Of a stretch of DNA of 64,000 nucleotides, positions 29,404-37,495 are shown in pieces. Every line of letters begins with the position of its first letter. Position 1 is the first letter of the stretch. The translations under genes were made by a program, and so were the position numbers. The stretch is from an uncultured Spirochaetota bacterium (GTDB lineage Bacteria; Spirochaetota; Spirochaetia; SZUA-6; Fen-1364), in contig CAWGAA010000001.1 in NCBI GenBank assembly GCA_963820525.1, positions 1,632,001-1,696,000 of the forward strand, read 5' to 3'. The notes under the pieces were generated by a model. It worked only from the letters and a program-made list of their open reading frames with translations. It searched no databases and was not told the DNA's origin.

Positions 29404-30227
29404 ACGTATTCCTCCAAGGGCACGTTGATCCGCAATTTCCAGCGTGTAAGTATCTTGCCTTTGTTTGCCCCAGAAGGATCGAGCTTGCTAATTCCGGCGG
29501 ATATATTTTTCCTGCACGCTTCAAGCCATTCTTCATTCACATCACCCCATAATTCACCGCTGAACCCCAAGCGCTTGAAGATGACTCCACGGTTCAGCTT
29601 CTTGGCGTACTGGACAAGTTTTTTCGGTTCCGCTTTTCCGCTTTTCCAATACGCGTGGGCAATGTCCAGAACGTGGCGGCCGCCACCACCCAATTCGGGG
29701 TAATCAAGCACGTCGATTAGGGTTCGATGTCTGTCGGCCACCAGCACGGGGATGTTGTTCCGCCAGACCTTGCTCGTTCCGAATAGACGGCTCTCGGAGA
29801 TCCTATGAGTGCGAAAGGTGATGTTTGCCAGCTTTTGGGTTGCCCTTCGCTGGGCGTGAGTCGTAAAAACGACAATCGCGTTGAATATTTGTTCAGTAAG
29901 CTCCCAGTGTTCTGCGGCCGTGAATCCCGAGATGTAGCATGGCTTGAAGAGCTCCATGGCGAGTGCCCATGGATCGTCAGGCATTGTCTCTGGCGTTGTC
30001 GATGTGAGAGGAACGAATATATAAACGCCTCTCTTGCTTCTTTGCAGCCAGCCTTTTCGTTCCAACCTCAGGAGAATTTTGTTCGCGAGAGGGCGATTAA
30101 GATCGAATTTATTTGCGACATCCCTTCCCTCTATGGTTACTCTCCCTTTCCGTAAGAAATCGCTGAGGATAATGCGTTCCCGGGTGCTCAATCCCTTGTT
30201 TGCTTTGCTTATTTTTGATCTGCCCAT
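29400..30227 (-). CDS. abiEi: AbiEi-family antitoxin / transcriptional regulator (type IV TA)
   Basis: wHTH (LERKGWLQRSKRGVY), YISGFTAAEHWELTEQI, DRHRTLID; 4-nt overlap with the toxin gene. Confidence 0.88.
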   Translation of the reverse strand: MGRSKISKANKGLSTRERIILSDFLRKGRVTIEGRDVANKFDLNRPLANKILLRLERKGWLQRSKRGVYIFVPLTSTTPETMPDDPWALAMELFKPCYISGFTAAEHWELTEQIFNAIVVFTTHAQRRATQKLANITFRTHRISESRLFGTSKVWRNNIPVLVADRHRTLIDVLDYPELGGGGRHVLDIAHAYWKSGKAEPKKLVQYAKKLNRGVIFKRLGFSGELWGDVNEEWLEACRKNISAGISKLDPSGANKGKILTRWKLRINVPLEEYV

Positions 30228-30289
30228 GGCCTGTCTCACGTATGTTATATTCTGATTGCAGATAAGGACACAATATGTCTTTAAATACA

Positions 30290-30318
30290 TTTATAGTATA
30301 ATATATTTGCGCTGTCAA
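30290..30318 (-). promoter_or_regulatory. Sigma70 promoter of abiEi-abiEii
   Basis: Minus strand TTGACA-17 nt-TATAAA. Confidence 0.7.
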
Positions 30319-30380
30319 TAACTTTCTTTATTCCTCCTAAACGATAGTGCCTTTCTCAGCGATTGTCTTAGGGGGGGTTT

Positions 30381-30694
30381 TTAGCTTGGTGCTTGCAATC
30401 CTCTTTGCTCGCTGAGATCAATCCATAACTTCGCCGTAGCCTCTTCATTCAGTCCACGATCCTGCGCAAGATGCTCGACCGTATAGAGCTCTCGAATGAA
30501 CTCTAGAGCCTCGTGCGTATGAGAGCTGCTTCCAGGCATCCACCTCGTAGACCTTTGCGATCAACCGAGCCCCCATGGGCGGCAGCCGTTTCTGGTCCCG
30601 GAAGGCGACGCTCATCGAGGAACCCTTCCATGTCATCCAGCACGCGCATCGAAATCTCGATTTGCTCAATGACGAGCTGCGGATCCGCGCTCAT
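30381..30694 (-). pseudogene. Mosaic of remnants: N-terminus of a probable HEPN toxin, IS91-like and IS66-like transposase scraps
   Basis: MSADPQLVIEQIE... overlaps the MNT gene end then breaks; ARLIAKVYEVD (~30538-30570); HEALEFIRELYTVE (~30474-30515). Confidence 0.5.
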
Positions 30695-31067
30695 ACACTA
30701 TTCTCCCTCTGCGACGTATTGCCTCCGCATGGGCGGGATGAATGTGTTCAATCTGCACGATATCGAGGGGGAAATGGGTGAGCTTTTCTGCCATCCAAAG
30801 AAGCTCGAAAAATGCGCGCGCCGCCGTTATCCCTTCGACTGTGATATCGATATCCGATATCTCTGAAAACTGCTTTCCATCGATAAGCGATCCCCACTGG
30901 TAGATTCGAGCGGGGTCATATCGTTTTACGATTTGCGCCACGATAGCTTCGAAGTCACTGCGCGCTTCAGCCAAACTAGATGAAAGGGTGCGCGCTCTCT
31001 CATGGCGCTTCCTGGCTAGAAAGGCGTGAGTTGCCTCGACGTCGGCTTTTTAATATCGAACGGCCAT
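30666..31067 (-). pseudogene. Minimal nucleotidyltransferase (MNT antitoxin), possibly inactivated
   Basis: IYQWGSL, SDIDITVEG, PLDIV; the in-frame ATG at 31067 is followed by TAA at codon 6; alternative TTG start at 30974. Confidence 0.65.
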
Positions 31068-31169
31068 GCTTGTGAGTATGCCCGGCCGATGACAGATCGA
31101 AAAGATCAATTTCCGCCCGCCCTTGCCCTTCCGCGGCCGCCATGGCATCCTTTTCCCGCGAAACTTGCC

Positions 31170-31853
31170 ATGGCCAGCGACTCAAACGCTTCGGAGCCCC
31201 TCACTACCCGTTTCCGCTTTCCTCACCCCAACACGGCGGATGAAGAAGGGTTTCTCGCCATTGGCGGCGACCTCAAGCCCGGCACCCTGCTTCTGGCGTA
31301 CAGAAACGGAATCTTCCCCTGGACCACGCACCCCATCACGTGGTGGTCTCCCGACCCCAGAACGATCATCGAGATTGACGGCCTACATGTTTCGAAAAGC
31401 CTCAAACGCTTCATAGCCAGGGACGGGCTTTCCGTAAGCTTCGACCGCGCGTTCCGCCAGGTCATGGAGGGATGCGCTGCATCGCGGCCGGGCAGGGAGG
31501 AGACGTGGATCAGCCCGGCCTTCATCTCGGCATATTCACGGCTTCACTCCCTGGGCTATGCCCACAGCGTGGAGTGCTGGAGGGGAGAGAATCTGGTCGG
31601 AGGGCTCTACGGGGTTTCAATCGGGTGCTTCTTTGCCGGTGAATCGATGTTTTCGGCGGAGCCGAACGCCTCCAAAGTGGCCATGGCTGGCATATTCGAG
31701 AGGCTCCGTGCCCGCGGCTACCTGCTGTTCGACTGCCAGATGATGACGCCCCATCTTTCCTCGATGGGCGCCGTGGAAATCCCGCGCTCCGAGTACCTGA
31801 GGAGGCTGGCGGAAGCGGTCGAGGGCCGGTGCAGCTTCGGGGACGCGGGCTAG
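31170..31853 (+). CDS. aat: Leucyl/phenylalanyl-tRNA-protein transferase
   Basis: GGDL, LLLAYRNGIFPW, WWSPDPR, AHSVECW, GGLYGV, GESMFS, NASKVA. Confidence 0.95.
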   Translation: MASDSNASEPLTTRFRFPHPNTADEEGFLAIGGDLKPGTLLLAYRNGIFPWTTHPITWWSPDPRTIIEIDGLHVSKSLKRFIARDGLSVSFDRAFRQVMEGCAASRPGREETWISPAFISAYSRLHSLGYAHSVECWRGENLVGGLYGVSIGCFFAGESMFSAEPNASKVAMAGIFERLRARGYLLFDCQMMTPHLSSMGAVEIPRSEYLRRLAEAVEGRCSFGDAG

Positions 31854-31981
31854 GAGCCTGTCGGACTTGCCTGCTTTTGTGTATGTTCATGCACAACAAC
31901 CCGAGGAAACCTGCATAAACATACACCGGCGGCCTGTCTGCTGAATTTTTATGCAGGAAACGGCCAAAGTCCGACAGGCTC
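31854..31981. mobile_element. 128-bp MITE, copy 1 (IS1182-type ends, CTAG target duplication)
   Basis: Perfect 15-bp TIR GAGCCTGTCGGACTT; CTAG at 31850-31853 and 31982-31985; identical reverse-complement copy at 48980-49107. Confidence 0.92.
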
Positions 31982-32689
31982 CTAGATCTTCTGATCCAGC
32001 GTGACCCTCGCGATCTCCTTCACGCTCCCGATCCTCCCGTAGAACAGCTTCCAGTCCAGATTGGCCGGCACCTGCACGGTGAGCTTCAAGCGCACCGAGT
32101 TCTCCTCGAAGGACTTGGATATATCCACGGTGCGGACACGGATTCCGCAGTCCTTCAGGATGGGGAAGATCTCCTCCGTGCTCGCGTCCAGGCCGCTCAA
32201 GCCGATCTCCATGATTCGAAGGTTCACGTCGGGGAAGAAGCGCTTCTCCACGGAGGCCAGGGCGAACAGGACGAAAATCACGATGCCCACGGTGATCACC
32301 CCCCCCGCGTACATTCCCGCGCCCACGGCCATTCCGATTCCCGCCGCCGCCCATATCGACGCCGCGGTGGTGAGCCCCCGCACATTTGCGCCCAACCGGA
32401 AGATGGCGCCGCCCCCCAGAAAGCCGATTCCCGACACGATCTGGGCAGCAATCCTGCCGGGGTCTCCCATCTGGAAATGAGTGAAGGTCTGGGGAATGTA
32501 GATGGACAGGAGCGTGAGGAGGGTGGAGCCGACGCTGATCACGATGTGGGTCCGAAGGCCCGCGGACTGGTTGTGCCACTCCCGCTCGATTCCGATGAGG
32601 CCGCCCAGGACGAAGCTCAAGAGGAGCCGGAAGAGGGTGACGGGAAGGTCCACCCTGGTCCGGCCGAGAAACTCAACAATCGCTTCCAT
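31982..32689 (-). CDS. MgtC/SapB family protein
   Basis: IGIERE, AGLRTH, DPGRIAAQIVSGIGFLGGG, GLTTAASIW. Confidence 0.92.
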   Translation of the reverse strand: MEAIVEFLGRTRVDLPVTLFRLLLSFVLGGLIGIEREWHNQSAGLRTHIVISVGSTLLTLLSIYIPQTFTHFQMGDPGRIAAQIVSGIGFLGGGAIFRLGANVRGLTTAASIWAAAGIGMAVGAGMYAGGVITVGIVIFVLFALASVEKRFFPDVNLRIMEIGLSGLDASTEEIFPILKDCGIRVRTVDISKSFEENSVRLKLTVQVPANLDWKLFYGRIGSVKEIARVTLDQKI

Positions 32690-32714
32690 GCTCTGATGAT
32701 CGGAAAAAGAGCGC

Positions 32715-33479
32715 TTACATGGAAGCGGATCGCCACCACTCGTAGTACCTGGTCTGAAGGTCCTTCTCGGAGGGCATCGGGTAGTAAACCAGGGATCCAT
32801 GCTCGCCGAGGAAGAACCCGTTCAGCATGGTTCTGTAGGGGAACTCCTCGGGCGCGATCCTATCCACCGTCTTGGTGCTCTTCTCCCGGGTCTTTCGAAG
32901 CTGCATGAGGCAGTCGCGAAGATGCTCGATGTTGGTGTAGGGGAGATTGCGCACGCTGCCTTTCTCCGGATCCGCCGCCAGCTCGTCGAGGCGCAGCTCT
33001 CCGAAGACGATCTTGGGGACATGGATGCTGCGCTTGGGATCCGTCATGAAAGCAGCGAACTCCTTGGGGTCGAGGCTGCTCACAACCCGTGGGTGCACGG
33101 GGGAGATCTCCTGGTAGAGGTGATAGGTCTGCGGGAAAGAGGGCACGTCCTTCCTCGGCTCCACCTCCAGGACGCGGCCGTCCTGGGTGGTGAGGTAGAG
33201 GTTGCCGAAGGCGCTCATGGGGACGTGCTCCAGCGCGCGGTACACGGAAAGGTACACCGAGTGCTTCGGCTCTCCGTTGGCGTGCGGCACGCATCGGCTG
33301 TCGATCTCCGACAGGGGGAAGTAGTCGCTTGTGAACTTGCGGTCGACGGCGAAGTACTTCGCCTGGCCGCGAGCCCGTTTTTCGGTTCCCACGGCGAGGT
33401 ACACCCCGAACTCCATCGGGGGAAGCATTGAGGCGATCAGGGCTTCGGGAAGCATGTTCAGGTAAAGGTACACTGCCAT
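32715..33479 (-). CDS. Hypothetical protein
   Basis: 254 aa; GAGGA RBS; ordinary composition; no recognised motif. Confidence 0.75.
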   Translation of the reverse strand: MAVYLYLNMLPEALIASMLPPMEFGVYLAVGTEKRARGQAKYFAVDRKFTSDYFPLSEIDSRCVPHANGEPKHSVYLSVYRALEHVPMSAFGNLYLTTQDGRVLEVEPRKDVPSFPQTYHLYQEISPVHPRVVSSLDPKEFAAFMTDPKRSIHVPKIVFGELRLDELAADPEKGSVRNLPYTNIEHLRDCLMQLRKTREKSTKTVDRIAPEEFPYRTMLNGFFLGEHGSLVYYPMPSEKDLQTRYYEWWRSASM

Positions 33480-33555
33480 ACTGTCGTCCTCCTCTCATCT
33501 CCAAAGATACCGAACGCCCCCACCGGCGGCAATCAAAGCATTGTTTGACGGCCGG

Positions 33556-34764
33556 TCATGCACCGGGAACCGCCGCCGGTCCCGCTTTGCGCACGGTGCG
33601 CGCCGCGATGACGCTCGCCAGGAGCACGGCGGCGGCCGCGAAGAAGGCGGAAGCGTAGCCGAAGGCGGCTGAAAGGAGAGAGCCGACCATCGGCCCCACC
33701 GCGGCGCCCGCATTGTTCATGCTCGACGTGAGGCCGAACACGGTGCCCTGGCGGCTTTTCGGCGTGCGCAAGGCGATCATGGCGTTCACGGAAGGCTCGG
33801 AGCCGCCGATCATGGCCCCGCCCAGGATCCGCAGGACCAGGAGCTGGAAGGGGGTTCGGACAAAGGCCTGGGGGAGGAAGATGAGGAAGGCGCCTGTAAG
33901 GCAGGCCAGGAGGGTCCGCTCGTAGCCGAAGCGGTAGCTCACCCTGCCCAGGGCCGCGGCGGCGAGCGCCGCCGAAACGGCTGAGAGGCCGAAAATGAGG
34001 CCGGTATACGTGCCGACGCGCTGCGCAGAGGGGGCAATGGCCATGATGAAGAGGGGAAGGATGGGAGACACGGTGGATATGGCAACCTGCAGGGCGGCGG
34101 AAACAAGAAGAAGGATGACGAGACCCGATGAGCCGCCCAGAATCGAAAAGTCGGGCAGCGCCTGCTTCCAGAAGGGACCGGCCCGCGCTCCGACGGCGGG
34201 ATCGGCTCCCACGAAGCGCAGCACGATCACGGCCGCCAGGAGCAGAAGAGCGGCCGTGATGAAGAAGTTGGCACGGAACCCGAGGAGATCCGAGAGCACG
34301 CCTCCCAGGGCCGGGCCCAGCGAAGCGCCGACGTAGACCCCGGTCTGCAGGAGACCGAGGGTGAAGCCGAGCTCCTCGGTGGGGCTGATGGTGGCCACGA
34401 GCACGGTTGCGGCCGCCACCGTTCCCGAAAGCGCCCCCTGGACGGCGCGAAGCGCCAGAAGCTGCCATGGGTGGTTGACAATGCCCATGAGCCCCACGAC
34501 AACCGCTCCGCCCAGCATCGCGCGAAGGAGCATGGCGCGTTTTCCGACGCTGTCGGCGAGCCGGCCCCAGATCGGGGAGAACACGGAAAGCGTTACAGCA
34601 ACGACGGTGGCGCACGCTCCGTTCCAGAGATTGAGCGCCACGGGATCCGTCACGCCGAGGGACTGGAGGTAGAGGGGAAGAATGGGGTTGGAGGTCGTGA
34701 AGCCGGTGACCGCCAGCACCTCGCCCGCAAGGATGGCGAAGAAGCTCCTGCGCCAGCCCGTCAC
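33556..34764 (-). CDS. MFS transporter (DHA1/MdtG-like)
   Basis: SPIWGRLADSVGKRAMLLRA, LRAVQG, GPALGG; about 12 TM helices. Confidence 0.9.
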   Translation of the reverse strand: MTGWRRSFFAILAGEVLAVTGFTTSNPILPLYLQSLGVTDPVALNLWNGACATVVAVTLSVFSPIWGRLADSVGKRAMLLRAMLGGAVVVGLMGIVNHPWQLLALRAVQGALSGTVAAATVLVATISPTEELGFTLGLLQTGVYVGASLGPALGGVLSDLLGFRANFFITAALLLLAAVIVLRFVGADPAVGARAGPFWKQALPDFSILGGSSGLVILLLVSAALQVAISTVSPILPLFIMAIAPSAQRVGTYTGLIFGLSAVSAALAAAALGRVSYRFGYERTLLACLTGAFLIFLPQAFVRTPFQLLVLRILGGAMIGGSEPSVNAMIALRTPKSRQGTVFGLTSSMNNAGAAVGPMVGSLLSAAFGYASAFFAAAAVLLASVIAARTVRKAGPAAVPGA

Positions 34765-34767
34765 GGG

Positions 34768-37062
34768 CTACTCAAGAACCGTGAGGGCGATCTCCTCGCC
34801 CTTCACGTCGGCGATGACCTTCCCTCCACGGGTGAGCTTGCCAAAGAGAATCTCGTCAACGAAGAAGTTCTTGATCTTGTCAGCCACGAGGCGCGCGATC
34901 TGGCGGGCGCCGAACTCCCGGGAATAACCCGCGCGGGCAAGCCACTCACGGGCGGCATCAGTGGCCTCAAGACTCACCCCCTTCTTGGAGAGCTCCGCCT
35001 GGAACTCGCGGATGGCCTTGTCCACCACTTGAAGCACGATGCCGTGGGCAAGGTCGTTGAACTGCACCGTCGCGTCCAGCCTGTTTCGAAACTCCGGGGA
35101 GAAGATGCGCTCCACCGCGTCGGATACCGCATCCTCGCGCACGGAGCGCTCGCCGAACCCGACAAGAGGCTTTCCGATCTCCCGGGCGCCGGCATTGGAT
35201 GTCATGATGAGAACGATGTTCCTGAAGTCCGCCTTCTTGCCGTTGTTGTCGGTAAGGGTGGCGTAGTCCATGATTTGCAGGAGCATGTTGAAGATGTCGG
35301 GATGGGCCTTCTCGATCTCGTCGAGGAGGAGCACCGCGTGAGGGGTCTTTCGAACGGCGTCCGTGAGAAGCCCGCCCTCGTCGTAGCCCACGTATCCCGG
35401 GGGGGCTCCAATGAGGCGCGAGACGGTGTGCCGCTCCTGGTACTCGCTCATGTCGAAGCGCAGGAGGTTCACGCCGAGGATCTCGGCGAGCTGGCGGGCG
35501 AGCTCGGTCTTTCCCACTCCCGTGGGACCGACGAACAAAAGCGAGGCGACCGGCTTGTCCCTCTCTCCGAAGCCCGCGCGGGACTTCTTGATTGCCTTGA
35601 CCACGAGCTCGATGGCCTTGTCCTGGCCGAAGATCCTTCCCTTCAGCTCCCCCTCCAGGCCCTTCAGGCGGGAAAGCTCGTCCGAGGAAACGCTCGCCTC
35701 GGGGATCTTGGCGATGCGGGCCACCACCTTCTCGATGGCCCCGGTGTCCACCGCGTGCCTGCCGTCCTCCATAGGCGCCGTATCCTGCCCATAGACCCGC
35801 ACCCACGAGCCGGCCTCGTCGATAACGTCGATTGCCTTGTCCGGCAGGTGGCGATCGTTGATGAACTTGGCCGAAAGCTCGGCCGCGGCGCGCAGGGCGT
35901 CTTCGGTGTAGTGCACGTCGTGGTACGACTCGTATTTTTCCCTCAAGCCCAGGAGGATCTTGTACGTCTCTTCCGTACTCGGCTCCGAGACCTCGATCTT
36001 CTGGAAGCGCCGGGAAAGGGCGCGATCCTTGTCGAAGTATTTCTTGTACTCCTCATAGGTGGTGGAGCCGATGCAGCGCATCTTTCCCGAGCTGAGAACG
36101 GGCTTCAAGATGTTGGAGGCGTCCATGGAGCCGCCCGACACGGACCCGGCCCCAACCACCGTATGGATCTCGTCAATGAAGAGGATGGCCTTCTCCTGCT
36201 TTTCAAGCTCCTTGATGACCCTCTTCATCCGCTCCTCGAAGTCCCCGCGGAACTTTGTCCCCGCCAGGAGCGCCCCCATATCCAGGGCATAGATGCGGAA
36301 TCCGCGGAGCGCCCGCGGGACCTTTTCGTCCACGATGAGCTGGGCCAGCCCCTCGGTTATGGCAGTCTTACCCACGCCGGCCTCGCCCACATGGATGGGA
36401 TTGTTCTTCAGCCTCCGGCAGAGGACCTGGATGGTGCGCTGGAGGATGTCTTCCCTGCCGATGAGCGGATCGATTCCGCCTTCGCGCGCCTTCCTGGTGA
36501 GCTCCACCGTGTAGGATTCCAGGGCGCGCGCGCTCTTGCGCCGGCCGCGGGCGGCGGGCTGCCCGGCGCCCTCTTCGGCCTGCTCCTCCTCGGCCTCATC
36601 CCCTTCCCCGTCGCCCGGCTCGGAATCCCGCTCGGGGAAGACGGTGACCCCATGGGAGATGTAGGTGAGCAGGGCCAGCCTGTCGATTCCCTGCCGGGCC
36701 AGGAAGTGGGCGGCGAATGATTCCTTCTCGTCGAAGATCGAGACCAGGATGTCGTCGATCTCCACGGTCTGCTTTTCAGCCGAGGCCGTGTGGAGGATTG
36801 CCCTCTCCATGACGGACTGGAAGCCGGCGGATTGGATGGGCTTGGAGCTCTCCGAGGTGGGAACGTGCCCCATGAAGTATTCCTCGATGTCGCGGGTGAG
36901 GGAGCGAACGTCGCCCCCGCATTGGGAGATGATCTCGCGCCCGCGGTCGAAGAAAAGGGAAGCGTACAGGACGTGCTCCGGGGTCAGGTACTCGTGGCTT
37001 CGGGATTCGGCTTCACGGTAGGCGGCGATGATGATCTGATTCAGCTCGTTACTGATGTCCAT
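34768..37062 (-). CDS. clpA: ATP-dependent Clp protease ATP-binding subunit ClpA
   Basis: HEYLTPEH, GEAGVGKT, GPTGVGKT, RFDMSEY, LIGAPPGYVG; follows clpS. Confidence 0.95.
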   Translation of the reverse strand: MDISNELNQIIIAAYREAESRSHEYLTPEHVLYASLFFDRGREIISQCGGDVRSLTRDIEEYFMGHVPTSESSKPIQSAGFQSVMERAILHTASAEKQTVEIDDILVSIFDEKESFAAHFLARQGIDRLALLTYISHGVTVFPERDSEPGDGEGDEAEEEQAEEGAGQPAARGRRKSARALESYTVELTRKAREGGIDPLIGREDILQRTIQVLCRRLKNNPIHVGEAGVGKTAITEGLAQLIVDEKVPRALRGFRIYALDMGALLAGTKFRGDFEERMKRVIKELEKQEKAILFIDEIHTVVGAGSVSGGSMDASNILKPVLSSGKMRCIGSTTYEEYKKYFDKDRALSRRFQKIEVSEPSTEETYKILLGLREKYESYHDVHYTEDALRAAAELSAKFINDRHLPDKAIDVIDEAGSWVRVYGQDTAPMEDGRHAVDTGAIEKVVARIAKIPEASVSSDELSRLKGLEGELKGRIFGQDKAIELVVKAIKKSRAGFGERDKPVASLLFVGPTGVGKTELARQLAEILGVNLLRFDMSEYQERHTVSRLIGAPPGYVGYDEGGLLTDAVRKTPHAVLLLDEIEKAHPDIFNMLLQIMDYATLTDNNGKKADFRNIVLIMTSNAGAREIGKPLVGFGERSVREDAVSDAVERIFSPEFRNRLDATVQFNDLAHGIVLQVVDKAIREFQAELSKKGVSLEATDAAREWLARAGYSREFGARQIARLVADKIKNFFVDEILFGKLTRGGKVIADVKGEEIALTVLE

Positions 37063-37377
37063 TCACGCTTCCTCCGAGGTCGCCTTCAGGGGAAACTCGT
37101 TCTGCCGGGCCATCTCGTGAACCTGGGAAACCTTGGTGGCCGCGATATCGAAGGTATACACTCCCACGACTCCCCTGCCCTTCTTGTGCACATCGAGCAT
37201 GATCTTTGTCGCCTCCGCCGCGGGCTTGTGGAAGACGGCCATGACGACCTGCACGACGAAATCCATCGTGGTGTAGTCGTCGTTGTGCAGGACGACGCGG
37301 TAGAGTTTCGGCTCCTGGAGCCGGGGTTTCTGGCGGACCCCGGTGTCCGCTTCGAAGCTGTCGCGCGTCTTGGCCAT
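37063..37377 (-). CDS. clpS: Clp protease adaptor ClpS
   Basis: YRVVLHNDDYTTMDFVV, MLDVHKKG, FPL. Confidence 0.95.
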   Translation of the reverse strand: MAKTRDSFEADTGVRQKPRLQEPKLYRVVLHNDDYTTMDFVVQVVMAVFHKPAAEATKIMLDVHKKGRGVVGVYTFDIAATKVSQVHEMARQNEFPLKATSEEA

Positions 37378-37495
37378 GAATGTTTCCTTCATTCAATAAT
37401 ACCAGTTTCGCGCCCCGAGAAACAAGCGGGACGGCCGGTTTTCCCCTGAATTTCGTGGAAATAACGCTCATTTTGATTATACTTTGAGAGAGACC

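Noticed and set aside
31850..31985. The 136-bp palindromic unit as a simple terminator, tRNA or CRISPR repeat
   Set aside because: An identical distant copy, shared TIRs with the IS and the target duplication identify it as a MITE
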